From contig SMSO01000037.1 of NCBI GenBank assembly GCA_004764695.1, positions 1,464,747 to 1,528,746 of the forward strand: a stretch of DNA of 64,000 nt. Reading direction: 5' to 3'. Within the stretch, counting starts at the first letter, position 1; each line of letters opens with the position of its first letter. Made by a program: the position numbers and the translations under genes. The notes beneath the pieces were generated by a model, which saw only the letters and a list, made by a program, of their open reading frames with translations, was not told the DNA's origin and did no database searches. The DNA is from Schizochytrium sp. TIO01 (taxonomy: Eukaryota > Protista > Bigyra: Labyrinthulomycetes). Of the stretch, positions 1-11,648 are shown in pieces.

Positions 1-1
1 T

Positions 2-3000
2 ACTCGGGTACGCGCAGGGGTAAAGCAAATCGAAGCAGGAGCATTGCCCTTGCATATCCGTGAAAAACTTCTTGGAAATTCTTCTACATGGGCACTTGTT
101 GTTGATGGAGCGAACGGAAGTAATTCAGATGCACCCCGCCTTTCAGTAAGCGTTCGGCAGCCGTTTACCAGCCCTATGCAATCTGAGAGAACATCCCTTG
201 CTGCGTTATCGTTGGCACGCAGATCGCGGCGTGCATTTAAACGCAGAGTGCACCAGCGTCGCGCTCCAGGAGAAGAAGGCGGAAGTCACGCTGACCCTGC
301 TGGTGATCATGACCTGGACAAAGATCAGGAGCCACCTTTATATGAAGTAATGGAGGCTGTTTCTACGCATGGATTTTGCACTGCTGATACTGCAGTTCGC
401 TTGCTTTGCCCTGATGCTGTTATGTCAATTGACCGAGTCCAGTATCATAGTCTGAATGCTGCTTTGCAGTTAATTCTTGGATCTTTACCTTCCTTTACAC
501 GCGGTCTTGAAAATGACTGTGAAGTCAATGCTTATGAGGAAAGAATCATGGAGGATGCACCACAAGAAGGAACTTTTAAATATAAAGAAAAAGAAGATGT
601 CTTGTTTAAGCAAGATGAGGAGCCTTTGGTCTATGGGCAAGACCCTCAATCGTTCGATGTACTCACTTCGAGCTTTTGGGATGACGAGGACAACCCTAGC
701 AATTCAAATAACAGTGAACCAGACATAGCCCGGGGACATGCTGAAGTGTGTGGTGTGGTGTTAAGTCATGCATCAAGCACATTTTTTCAGATGTGCAGTC
801 GTGGTGGGCGTGTCGAACTCATTGACAAGCTTACTCCTGACTTCGAACTGGATTATTCAGGGTTAGAGCTGATTGTTGTTGACTCCAAAACCATGGCTGA
901 AGCACAGGATGTGACTCTTCTTGAATCCAGTGCCTCGTATCACTATGGAGGTGGTTCTAGCCTAGAACCCATTTTCCATAGTACAAAATGGGGTCGGAAC
1001 GAAAGTTCTTCGCCCCTTTTGCAGATTTTCATGGATGGAGATCCGCAGCTAGCAGCAAAGAATACCAGCGTTTTGCACGTCTGTGTTGATGGTTTGACGT
1101 TACAGCTCCTTCCTCAATCCCTGTGGCTCCAAAAACTTTCTGACTTTTTGACATCTGCTCCTCCCCCAAATGCAGTAGGTGCTCATGACATGCGAAGCCA
1201 AAAGCCAGCCAGCAACTCAGGAGAGGCTTGCACGTCGCAAGTCCCCCTTGTGAGTTACACAGAAGTCACAATTGAGTTCTTTGATGCGGTAGTAGAATAT
1301 CGGAGCTGCGAAAGGCCTCAAAATATGGCACTAGTTGGTCTCGGTATGGTACGCATGTCATCAAATGTGGCGTCCCCTGTTGTCCGTGATCAGTCTTATC
1401 ACTTGACTGCTAGAGATTTTGCATTATATGTATCGAATGATGCACCTAAGCAAGAACCGTCGCGTATTGGTTATGAATTACTATCTTCAAAGTCAAGCCC
1501 TTTCGCCTCAATTGAAGACTTTGTGGCATCGATGCTTTTCGCTAAAGTGGCATCTCTTGATATGGTCGAGCTATTCATTCGATGCCGAAATCTCTCTGCG
1601 GAGGCTCAAGAGCGTAAGGCGAATCGAATGAGCGCTGATGTCGATGTTGATCCAGACACGGACTATGAGGTTTCGATTCCTAATGTCTCCCTTTACAGTT
1701 GCACAGATTCATTTTGTACCTTGGAAGGCTTGATGCATGACCTTATTGTTGAGCTAAGTGGGCGCAGCCCTGATGTACCCGTACCAAAAGAAGAGGAATC
1801 AACGGATTTCGAGAATCCAATGCTCAAATCTATGGAGTCTCTGGACAACACAATATATTCTGCTGCTACAGAGAACATGCTTGATAATCAAGAAGATGAA
1901 GCAAGGTGCATGGAGTTGCAAGCGCCTAATGTGGTTCGAGAGCCGTTTGCAGAGGCTGAGGATATACCTGATAAGAAAATATCTGACACTGGCGCTCCAG
2001 ATGATGAGCATACCGCATCAGAACTTCGTCACTCATATCTTACACCAACTCTTCCCGATGATCAGTTGTCTGGACCTCAGTTACGTAGTCGACACGCCTA
2101 CGGTCAAGACCCAGATCCTGATGCCATCTTTGTGGATGGATTTTATGCTGTTGATAATGTCAGTGTTGTTCCTGCTAGTACATCGCCATCTGCTGCACTA
2201 ACCAGTGATGTTGGACGTGTCACCGGCAACCAAAAGATCGGCTCACTCACAACACCAGCAGGGAACGAGGGTGTAGGAACTTGGTTTCACATCGAAGAAT
2301 CTGCACCAAACTCATTGGATCACGAGATACTTCATGGTGGTAACACTGATACGGCTGATGAAAATGAAGACGAATTTTCAACAATGGGTAATGAGTTTCT
2401 CATATGGGGAGACCCAACCTCCGGAGCACTTGAGGAGATGGAGCTTGATGAGTGGCCCAAAGTGCAGGTCCCAGATTGTAAAGATCGAGCGCTCTCGTTT
2501 GAAGCAGAAGAAGCTGAAGAGCGCTTAGCAGAAGCACAGGTTCAAGAAGACAGTCGCAGGGCCGCACGAGAGCGCGAGCAGGCGATGGCTGACTTCGCGC
2601 ACTTGTATAAACGAGAGTATCCAGACCAAGTTCTTCAAGCCAGCGGCGACTTTGCGATCCTAGAAACCTCTCCCAGCACGAACACTCAAATCAGAGGCCG
2701 AGTTCAAGAAGGGGTTAGTATAGCAGATGATGACGATGGATCACCTAGCGGTTGGTACGAAGACGTCGAGGTTCGAATTTATCCACACTATATGGGGATT
2801 CCGTTTGAAGCAGGGCCAGGTTCTCATGTTCCAACAGCAGAGGCTCTTGCGGCTCGAATGGAAGGTCGCGCAAGCCTTCGCAGACGTGTTGCGCCTTGTT
2901 CTTCACGTATTGTTGTCAGGGATATTTCTGTGCGTTGGTTCCTGTTTGGTGGCTGTGACTGGAACTCTACTGCTGAAACAGTAGAGCACTCTCGTAAACG

Positions 3001-4615
3001 GCGAAAGGAAGGCACAGGCCTCCAAGAGAATTCTGATTATTCGCAAGGCGTACAAGATTCTGGCTCAGGATTATCAACTTCTGCCGTGGCTGGAACATCA
3101 ATTAAAAAGCGCGAACGCCATCCCTTGGCAGGTCGGCAAAATGATCGAAAGCTTGAGATTATTCTTTCGCACGGCACTGCACTTATTACAACTTACGCCA
3201 CAACTACTGTGCGGGGCCCTTGTATTGCAGAAAGTGTCGCTATTGCTGTGCGAGACTTTGGAATCATTGATCACATAGCGAGTTCCGAAATACACACCAT
3301 GGTTGGTGAGTGGATTTCAGACGCAGAGCATCCTCGTATTTCTGGTTCGTCGATGTTACGAGTAGCACTAGATCGCGTTGAGCGCGAGGTGAGGGATTCT
3401 TTATTTGTGCGTGCAAGTATTTTACCTGTCAAGGCTAACCTTGACCAGGATTCTCTTGAATTTCTTCTGGACTACCTTGCTATGCGAGTAGGCACTGATG
3501 GCGCAGCCTTTGCTGAGCCCCGGCAACAGTCGAGTCCACATGGAACCTCAGATACTGACTCACATGAACGCAGCCGTGGCCAGCACCGTCATGGGGGGTC
3601 ACCTAACAAAGATGATAGTGGAGCGGATGACAGTGACTTGGACGTGATGATGGATGGAGAATCATCTTCTGATGGATGCCTAACGGGAGAAGATGCTGAC
3701 ATCGTCTTAGTTGAGAACACCGATTGGTTCATAGAGAGCGCAGACATCCGTGCGTTTAAGGTAAAGCTGGATTATCGCCCAAAGCGTGTTGATTTGAAGG
3801 GGCTTGTTGCTGGTGATCGAATGGCTTTGGTCAATTTGTTTGCATACGAAGGATTACAAGTGTCTTTACGAAGGGTAGAGCTTGAATCTATTCGTGGCGG
3901 GTGGCGCGAACTCTGGGAGCATGTTCAAGTATCTTGGGCGCATGATGTGCAGCGTCAACGTCATCGCTGTTTGGCTGGCGTATCTTTTCCCCCTATTAAC
4001 AAGGTAGCAACCCTTGGTTCTGGGCTTACTAATCTTGTGTTGATGCCACTTGAGCAGTACCAGAAGGATGGACGGATTGTACATGGAATTCGTCGTGGCA
4101 CAGCTTCATTTGTACGTACAGTTGCAATCGAGGCGCTGGGTACGTTTTCTATGGCCGCTCAGACAGCACAAACATTACTAGAGCACGCTCGGGATGTTCT
4201 TTCGCCGCTGCCTCCAGGTGCTGAGTTTGGAGGTCGCGATAGGCTGATACGTAATAGCATTACGGACCGCGACTCCGATGTTTCCGGAATTTCAAGTGCA
4301 GGACGCGGAGCACCTGGTCTTGTTCCTCCACAAAATGTAAAGGAAGGCTTGGAGCGTGGAGCGGATAGTTTTACTCGTGAAGTGAAACGTGCTGCATTTG
4401 TACTGGTTGCTCTTCCTTATGACGAGCTTCAGAGGACAGGTCCAACAGCTGCTGTTAAGTCAGTTTTGCGGGGAGTCCCTATTGCTGTGATTCGTCCGCT
4501 GATTGGAGCAACCCAAGCCGTTTCAAGTACTTTGATTGGGATTCGAAACTCTGTAGATCCTGATGCGAGAGCAGAGGATGCTCAAAAATACAAGTCACAC
4601 AGTGCGCGGGATTAA
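2..4615 (+). CDS. ATG2: Autophagy-related protein 2 (lipid-transfer protein), 5'-truncated by the window edge
   Basis: The frame is open from base 2; the track start at 44 is a TTG, not a true start. ATG2 motifs: CAD-region SCTDSFCTL, RIVVRDISVRWFLFGGCDW, VKLDYRPKRVD..LVNLF, LVLMPLEQYQKDGRIVHGIRRGTASF, and the ATG_C tail AVKSVLRGVPIAVIRPLIGATQAVSSTLIGIRNSVDP..QKYK. Confidence 0.93.
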   Translation, partial: TRVRAGVKQIEAGALPLHIREKLLGNSSTWALVVDGANGSNSDAPRLSVSVRQPFTSPMQSERTSLAALSLARRSRRAFKRRVHQRRAPGEEGGSHADPAGDHDLDKDQEPPLYEVMEAVSTHGFCTADTAVRLLCPDAVMSIDRVQYHSLNAALQLILGSLPSFTRGLENDCEVNAYEERIMEDAPQEGTFKYKEKEDVLFKQDEEPLVYGQDPQSFDVLTSSFWDDEDNPSNSNNSEPDIARGHAEVCGVVLSHASSTFFQMCSRGGRVELIDKLTPDFELDYSGLELIVVDSKTMAEAQDVTLLESSASYHYGGGSSLEPIFHSTKWGRNESSSPLLQIFMDGDPQLAAKNTSVLHVCVDGLTLQLLPQSLWLQKLSDFLTSAPPPNAVGAHDMRSQKPASNSGEACTSQVPLVSYTEVTIEFFDAVVEYRSCERPQNMALVGLGMVRMSSNVASPVVRDQSYHLTARDFALYVSNDAPKQEPSRIGYELLSSKSSPFASIEDFVASMLFAKVASLDMVELFIRCRNLSAEAQERKANRMSADVDVDPDTDYEVSIPNVSLYSCTDSFCTLEGLMHDLIVELSGRSPDVPVPKEEESTDFENPMLKSMESLDNTIYSAATENMLDNQEDEARCMELQAPNVVREPFAEAEDIPDKKISDTGAPDDEHTASELRHSYLTPTLPDDQLSGPQLRSRHAYGQDPDPDAIFVDGFYAVDNVSVVPASTSPSAALTSDVGRVTGNQKIGSLTTPAGNEGVGTWFHIEESAPNSLDHEILHGGNTDTADENEDEFSTMGNEFLIWGDPTSGALEEMELDEWPKVQVPDCKDRALSFEAEEAEERLAEAQVQEDSRRAAREREQAMADFAHLYKREYPDQVLQASGDFAILETSPSTNTQIRGRVQEGVSIADDDDGSPSGWYEDVEVRIYPHYMGIPFEAGPGSHVPTAEALAARMEGRASLRRRVAPCSSRIVVRDISVRWFLFGGCDWNSTAETVEHSRKRRKEGTGLQENSDYSQGVQDSGSGLSTSAVAGTSIKKRERHPLAGRQNDRKLEIILSHGTALITTYATTTVRGPCIAESVAIAVRDFGIIDHIASSEIHTMVGEWISDAEHPRISGSSMLRVALDRVEREVRDSLFVRASILPVKANLDQDSLEFLLDYLAMRVGTDGAAFAEPRQQSSPHGTSDTDSHERSRGQHRHGGSPNKDDSGADDSDLDVMMDGESSSDGCLTGEDADIVLVENTDWFIESADIRAFKVKLDYRPKRVDLKGLVAGDRMALVNLFAYEGLQVSLRRVELESIRGGWRELWEHVQVSWAHDVQRQRHRCLAGVSFPPINKVATLGSGLTNLVLMPLEQYQKDGRIVHGIRRGTASFVRTVAIEALGTFSMAAQTAQTLLEHARDVLSPLPPGAEFGGRDRLIRNSITDRDSDVSGISSAGRGAPGLVPPQNVKEGLERGADSFTREVKRAAFVLVALPYDELQRTGPTAAVKSVLRGVPIAVIRPLIGATQAVSSTLIGIRNSVDPDARAEDAQKYKSHSARD

Positions 4616-6652
4616 TTAGTTGTGATCCCAAGTATACATTGGCGAAATCACTTCAACTAATACGAATATCAGATTCGTTTTGTAAATTTTTACTTTTAGA
4701 GTTTCTGTGTGGGTGTGTGGGTTGCTGGTACTGTACAAAATATGAAATTTTCTATTGGTTAGATTCTGCCCAAGCGGGTTCTGCCAAGAAAAGGCAAAAC
4801 TTTGAATTGGTGAAGTTTTAGGGACTATGATGGGTAGTCAGTCATCTTGTGTAATCAAAATGATGATGGAAAGAACGAACGATCAAGTCAATCGAACCTT
4901 TAATGCAAATAATGAATAAAATACTTTTGTATTGTTTGCTGTGGTGAAATCCAGCTTTCCCCTTATCCCAGCTCTTGTGAAGAATTAAAAAAATGTAGAT
5001 TTGAATAGGACCTATTGAAATATTGCTTTCTTTTTTGTTTCTTGTTTTTAAATCTTCTTCAAGGATACAAATCTGATCATCTGAAAGAAGTACAACTGCC
5101 TCCTGAAATCCTTCTGACTGTATCAATCTATCGGTTGGGTGATTTTGTTTCAATTAGAAACCCTTCTTTTCATGTGCGAAATCGTACAGTGATCAAGAAT
5201 AAAAATATCCTCTAGAGTTTATGGCCATAGTGGAGTTCGGTAGAAAGACTAATTAAGACCAACTGGCCTTCCAAACTCATAGTAGTGCCTACTTTCGAGA
5301 ACTTCTTGCGATTTCAAACTTGACTTACTACTCTTTTTTTACGACTTAGAAAGGTTTTATTTTATTTAATTTAAAAATAAAATAAAAACAAAAAACAAAA
5401 AAGTAGAAAAGAAGCTTAAGATAAGAAACAATAACAAGCAAGAAGAAGGCATGCATTGCGTTTCTATTGGAAAGTTCACGCACGAAAAGATAAAATTCTA
5501 TGGTAGACCGATAACGTGCACTGTAACTTTTGGTAGAGAAGGGTTTAAAACATAAAAATCTACATTCTGTTTTACTTTGATTGTGCAGCGTAAACATTAA
5601 CAAGAAATAGGGCTTACATTCCAGTAAGGAAAAAGGTTATTATGGTGAGATATAGTAGTATGTATGTGGCATGTGTCATTTGGTTTTGTTTTATTTTTGT
5701 TTTCTTAAATCCCCCAAACTATACTTCCGTCTTTCATCTTTTTCTTTTTCAACTATCATGTACTTCATTATTAGGTCTAGAAATTAAAATCTACGAGCTC
5801 AAAGACTCGCGAAAACAGCAGTTGGGGTTCGCGATTGTTAGCAAGTTGCATGCTTTTCACTCTTGAATTGGTGGGCTAGGACTGCCAGCTCGTTTGTAAG
5901 AAATAACCAGAAAATAAAATAAAAGAAAATACACAAAAAGTCATCACAGTACCTTTAATAGACTTCCTTCCAATACTTGAGTGATGCATCTCCAGCAAAA
6001 GAGCTGAACACTCTGAGGGTTTAGGGGACAAAATCACTTAACGCCGATCTAGAGCTTGACAAGGCTACAAGTAGGGACAAATAGCTATGTTACTGTATAT
6101 TGCGAAGCATTTTTTGGAGAATGAACTTGTCACATAAGCAACTGTGATAAGGAAGCTTTCTGTGACGTGCTCTATTCAACTTGACATTTAGCAGGGGCTA
6201 GTTCTTTGCAATCAAATCAATTTATTTGAATAGCACAATAACTGTGTATGCATTACAAGTGAAGTGGTAGAGATTATTTATGAATGAATTGTAGTGTGTG
6301 CTAAAATACGAGCAAGAATTGGGGACTCTGTGTGATCGCATCAACTCCTGCGTGTGAAAGAAAATGTTGTTTGTCTATGTAAGTATATGTATGCATGGAA
6401 GAATGTTCTACCTCCGGAAAAGTTCCACCCTTCCGAGTGTCCTTGATTGGCTTCTTGAAAACAAAAGGACTGGGGAAGTATTATTCATCTACAAAGTCAA
6501 GCGCGAAAGAGCTGGCTAGCTTTTCAAGCTTGGTAAAACTCGAAGCCTCATTAAAAGAGACCTAGGAATACAGCCGTGAGATGGTCTTTGCCACCACTCG
6601 CAGTGTCAATAGGGAATGAGCTGCATGATGCAGGAAAACTTGATAGGCAATC

Positions 6653-8743
6653 TCAATTGTCTCCATGAACATTTGGCTGTTGTTGCATAGCCGGCCATGC
6701 TTGAGCAAGAGCAGAGAGTGTGGCAATGTTACCGAACGGTGCACCGGATCCCTGAAAACCTTGAGCTTGGTGAGGAGCAGTGTTTGAAGCATTCAACGTG
6801 TTGAGGTTCGCTTGCTGACCAAGAAGGGCCTGAAGTTGGTTAATGAACGCCATGTTGCCAGGATTCTGTTGTGATTGCTGTCTGTTAACCACATTCCACG
6901 GGAAATTGAGCGTTGAAGCCTCATTGCCATTTGATGTTTGCGCAGATGGGCTGCAAAATGATCCCAAAGAATTATTGTTAGGCTGAGCATTCATGGATAC
7001 GAAAGACATAGCTGAAGCAGACTTTGGCGAAGAAGAATTGCTGCCTCCAGTAGAAGCCTCATTTTTCAATTGAGTGATCTTGCTGCTGCTCTCTTCGTTA
7101 TTACTGTTGTTTCCTGTGGACTGAATAATCTTGTTCTGCATGAGGAGGTTAGCAGCTGGTGGGATTGATCGCTCTGACATGGACGCTTTCGCCTCCTCAC
7201 CCCGCTCAGCAGCTGCAAGAGAAGCCATTGTATTTTTATCGCCGAGAGAAACAATGAATTCAGAAAGAGCATTCGACATTTGCAGAGCTTGCTGTTGTTG
7301 TGGCTGCATCGATCCGCTCATAGAGGGCTGTTGTTGTTGGGTCAGAGAAGTGTAGAATCCCCCCAGAGGTTGTTGCTGCTGCATGGCAAGTTGCTGCTGC
7401 TGCAAAGAGAACTGGCGTCCATAGTTAGCAGAGTAAAAGGCATTGGCACGTTGTTGCTGTTGCTGTTGTTGACCACGAAGAAACTGCTGATAGTTTGCAA
7501 TTGCCTGCGCTTGTGCTTGAGCCTGCATCTGTGAGGACATCATCCCCATAGACTCAGGCTGGGTGTTCACGAAGGAAGAACGACGCTGGTGCATCAGGCC
7601 GGGTACTTGGTGTTGAGCCTGCTGCATGGTCTCAGGAGCTGAGGAAATTGAGCTACGGCGATGGAGCATCGGATGAAGAGGTCGAGACACAGTGTTTACA
7701 TCTTGGCGCCATGCAGATACAATTCGAAAGTGGGGGGAATCTTTAATGTCAATGCAAATATTCCGGTCATCGAAGACATAGGCAGTAAAAGCGTGAAGCT
7801 CGGAGGTTGTATATTTGTTCTGTTCACAATGGTACCTCCACTTGCGAGGCGGCATGAAATCGAACACGGCAACACCCTCTGCTTCATTGTATTCCTGGAA
7901 GGAGGCGAAGACAACACGGGAAACCTCCGATGTGGCTGAAGAAGACTTGACGCCAATCTCCACCATGGGCTTTTCACGCACCTTGCGGAAACGGCCCATC
8001 AGATGCAGCTTTCGTGCAGTCTGAGCATCCGGGCAGCGCAAGAAGACAGTAATTGGGAGACCGCAGAAGCTGCGCTCCTTATGTTCAGGAGCGCAAAAGG
8101 GAAAACAACGAAGGTTCTTGTGGCGAGTGCGAACGTAAGACGGGTGCCAATTTGTTTCCAAGGCAAAGCGCATCTGGCTGTGGCCTTGAGGTCCCATACC
8201 ATGATCCATGACGCGTGGCATGCTATTTAAAAAGCTCTTGCTGGATTTACGAGATCTGCGATTAGGATCCTGGGAATCGGTCTCAGAGTCGGCGTCCTTG
8301 GTTTCGGAGGACATGCGCTTGACGGAGCGCTCGTCGTCATCATCATCGTCTTCGTCATCAGTTTGTGGCTTACTGCTATCAGCCAATTTCCGCTTTCGCG
8401 AGTTTGTTGCAGATGTAGATGCTTCGCTACCAGACTGAGAAGAATCATCATCACTCTCCATGTTATTAGATACAAGGTGACCGATGGCATTACCTGCAAC
8501 ACTCGCGAGCTTGCTAAGGTCAAGGGCGCTGCCACCAAGAGGTTGCTGCTGCACCTTCTGTTGAAGTTCTTCCTTCTCTTCAAGTTCGCTATGACGAGCC
8601 TTCAGCGCTGCTGCAACTGCTGCAGCGACGGCTTGCTGTTGCTGCTGCTGCTGCTGCTGGGTTTGCTGGCTTGAGCCAACGTGTGCTCTGGCCTTGCCGT
8701 TGGCCTTGTTGCTGGCAATTTTGGCGCCTCCTACGGCAGCCAT
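6653..8743 (-). CDS. Gln-rich probable transcription factor with an uncharacterised KNLRCFPxC Cys/His domain (696 aa)
   Basis: Intact ATG-to-stop ORF with GC-rich codons. It has polyQ/polyA tracts, an acidic tract, a basic NLS-like SRKRKL, one globular beta-rich domain (about aa 191-347) and a Q/S/N-rich low-complexity C-terminus. The CDS is well supported; the function is inferred. Confidence 0.8.
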   Translation of the reverse strand: MAAVGGAKIASNKANGKARAHVGSSQQTQQQQQQQQQAVAAAVAAALKARHSELEEKEELQQKVQQQPLGGSALDLSKLASVAGNAIGHLVSNNMESDDDSSQSGSEASTSATNSRKRKLADSSKPQTDDEDDDDDDERSVKRMSSETKDADSETDSQDPNRRSRKSSKSFLNSMPRVMDHGMGPQGHSQMRFALETNWHPSYVRTRHKNLRCFPFCAPEHKERSFCGLPITVFLRCPDAQTARKLHLMGRFRKVREKPMVEIGVKSSSATSEVSRVVFASFQEYNEAEGVAVFDFMPPRKWRYHCEQNKYTTSELHAFTAYVFDDRNICIDIKDSPHFRIVSAWRQDVNTVSRPLHPMLHRRSSISSAPETMQQAQHQVPGLMHQRRSSFVNTQPESMGMMSSQMQAQAQAQAIANYQQFLRGQQQQQQQRANAFYSANYGRQFSLQQQQLAMQQQQPLGGFYTSLTQQQQPSMSGSMQPQQQQALQMSNALSEFIVSLGDKNTMASLAAAERGEEAKASMSERSIPPAANLLMQNKIIQSTGNNSNNEESSSKITQLKNEASTGGSNSSSPKSASAMSFVSMNAQPNNNSLGSFCSPSAQTSNGNEASTLNFPWNVVNRQQSQQNPGNMAFINQLQALLGQQANLNTLNASNTAPHQAQGFQGSGAPFGNIATLSALAQAWPAMQQQPNVHGDN

Positions 8744-11597
8744 GGTGAAGCTCTTTGGTTTGGTTTCTGGAGCTGCTAATAATACTGTTGGACTTTATAC
8801 GCCGGGCGCCACAACAGCAAGTTCGAGAGACTTGAAGCGCTGCAGCGAGTTGGGGTTCTGCTGTCGCTAGCCTGGTTTGCTCTTTTGTTGTTTTGCTGTT
8901 GTTATGTGGTGATGTAGTTGATCTTGGTGTTGTTGTTTTGGTCTCACTCTCTGCAGAGCTGGCACACTAGTAAAATGTTGAGGATACTGGTCTTTGGGTG
9001 CCTGGCGTTTAGGTGTTTATTAGGTGTTTGGGTGTTTAAGTTTTGTGTTTGCATTCAACTTTATTTATCTAAGTCTATTCCATGTCATTTTCCTTTTCTT
9101 TTCAATCCTTCCTCCCCTCTCAACTGCTTTTATCTCTTTTAATCTACCATTCTTCCAATTCTCAACCACTTTTAAATCAAAGAAACTTCCTCTCATCGAC
9201 AAACAAAAAGAGCTACTCTTTTACTCTTTTTTTTAAAATTAAATAATTTTAAACAAAATGTTTTTAAAATCAAAGAAGGACCTCTGGAACGAAAACAAAA
9301 CAGACATACAATCTTTCAACAAGCAAATTGTCCAAGCCAGATTTCTTCCAAAAGATGACATATACCGCCATAAACTAAAAGAACAAAGCATTACAGCACT
9401 TACAGCACTCAGAGAAATCGAAAAGTAAAAAGATGGCTTTCGATTTATGCCAACAGTGGTAAGAGGTGCAAAACCTGTGATTCACAGAAGGGGGTAAGCA
9501 GGCTTTAAGAGACGGAAGGGCTTTCGGTTGGTACGGGGAACTCTCTTTCTGCCACTCAGTGAAAGACCCAACATGAAGGAAGAGGACCCCGGCGAGGAGA
9601 AATAAAAGAAAAGAAAAAAGGAGAGGGAGAGAAAGAGAAAGAGAGGAAGAGTACGGGAAAATGAGTGCGCTGAGGTTAAGGAGGGACCTAGTGCCGTACC
9701 TTCTATATCATACGTATCGATACCCTCTTTCCCTGTTGGTTTGAGTAGTGCAAATATGGCAGCACATAGTACATTACGGAGGGAAGCAGAAGAAGAAAAG
9801 AAGAAGCAATTTCGAAAGGGAGGGAAAGGAGATGTGTTAATGTTTTGTATGAATATATGAAGAAGAAGATAGAGGAGTCAGTTGGTGTGGCAATGCAGTA
9901 GTGAACGAGTGGAGTCTTTCGAGTGAACCAGAGTGTGCGCAACAGACGAAATCATCTGAATCAAAGAGGAACCAGACTTTTAACATCAGAAGGCGAAAAG
10001 TAGAACTTCGAGCCTGAGCCTGAGCCTGAGGTGGTGGTCTTCCGATCGAGCTTTAGGAATTCTATCTGTTGATCTCAGTGTCAGATGGATTAGAGCTTAG
10101 TTGTGCTACTCAAGGCAACTTGGCATGCGGTGTTCTGCGCCCTTGGTGGGTCCGTCTCCAGGCTTGACACCTTCTTTTTTGCTGTACTCATACAAGAAAG
10201 AAATCCTCCATGACTTTGATCAGTGAGTCGGTAATCTCATGAGTATTCACCGAGGCGTGGAAAAAAATAACCAAGCACTTAATGGATATTACCGGCAGAG
10301 TGATAGAAGAGAAGAAAGAACCTTGCCTCCGCTTTCTTTTTTTGGTTTATATTCTGTTTTACTTCATTTTAAAATTTTAAAACAAAACACAAAAAACAAA
10401 AACATATATACATTGCATTTCTGATGTTAATTTATTTTTAAAAAGGAGAGAATCGCAGAAAAGTGCACATCAGTTCCCATTACTCTAAAAACGTAAGTTC
10501 AGGAAGAAGGAAGGCCAGTGAAAGAAGGGGGGGGGGGCAAATTGAACACATCACGCAGCGCAGGAAAGTGACTTGCCACTCCTATATTCATACTTCCCTT
10601 GTGGCTTCCCTTACAACAGAACTTGCTCAATAGTCCATAGTCAAGTACTAGGAAAGAGGCAACTCATCCAACACTTGTAGAAAACGAAAAGCATTCCTGT
10701 CTTTCGCTTACTCCTTTCGCTCGAAGTCAGAAACAGACGACCTCAACTGCAGCAATGCGGAAGGGGCTCTTTTGCGCGTGCTTCTCCCTCTCACTTAAGC
10801 GATCGCCCACCCTATCGCTGGAATTCCCACACACAATTCACTTTCAATTTTCATCGTTGTCTTTTTATTTAGATTTTCCAATGCTTGAAACAACTTATAC
10901 TTTTAAACATATTTGAAGAAGGAGATTGTACTTTTAAAAATTAAAATATGATTTTTAACAGCAGCCTTGGTTATTTAACTTCACGATATACCATAAGAGT
11001 ATTTTTGATGACGGAGAGGCATTGTAAACATTGCAAAATATTTCCATGTACAGTCTCTAGAACCTAAAATACCTATGTTTCATTCTATGCCTATTTATAT
11101 TTATTTTGAAGACGAGAGTAAAAACCAAAAATAAAGAATTCAATACAGAAGAAAGGAGGGGAAGAAAAAGTTTTATGCACCGGAATATAAGACGATACCA
11201 AAGGGTCATGAACCCTTTTTTTAAATTCAAAAAAGAAGAAAAGTGAGTTAGCCTATACCTGTATAGCAACAAGTGAGTAGGGTAGTAGTAGATAGGAGGA
11301 TTTAGTTTTTTTGTTTGTGGCACAGTTGGCGCTTTCTTCGCTGCAACTGACACTTTCTGAAAGAAAGGAGTGTCGTTGTTTTCCTTCTGTTCCATTTCCT
11401 CGGTCTCTCTCCTTCAAATGATTCTGATAGATACGCTACCCTACCTCCCCTCTCGATCAAGTACGCCCTAGCAACGACAACGACACAGCTTCATTAATTT
11501 CCTTCGATATCGCGCGCTGATCTGCAAGCGGCGCCCAGCCTCCTTGCTCCAGGCTCTCCTTTTCAGAAATCTAAACAAGAGGAAACAGGAGGAAACA

Positions 11598-11598
<1 letters not shown>

Positions 11599-11628
<30 letters not shown>

Positions 11629-11648
11629 AAGAAGAAGAAGAAGAAGAA
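11599..11648. repeat. (AAG)n microsatellite, ~16 units
   Basis: Read directly from the sequence. Confidence 0.95.
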
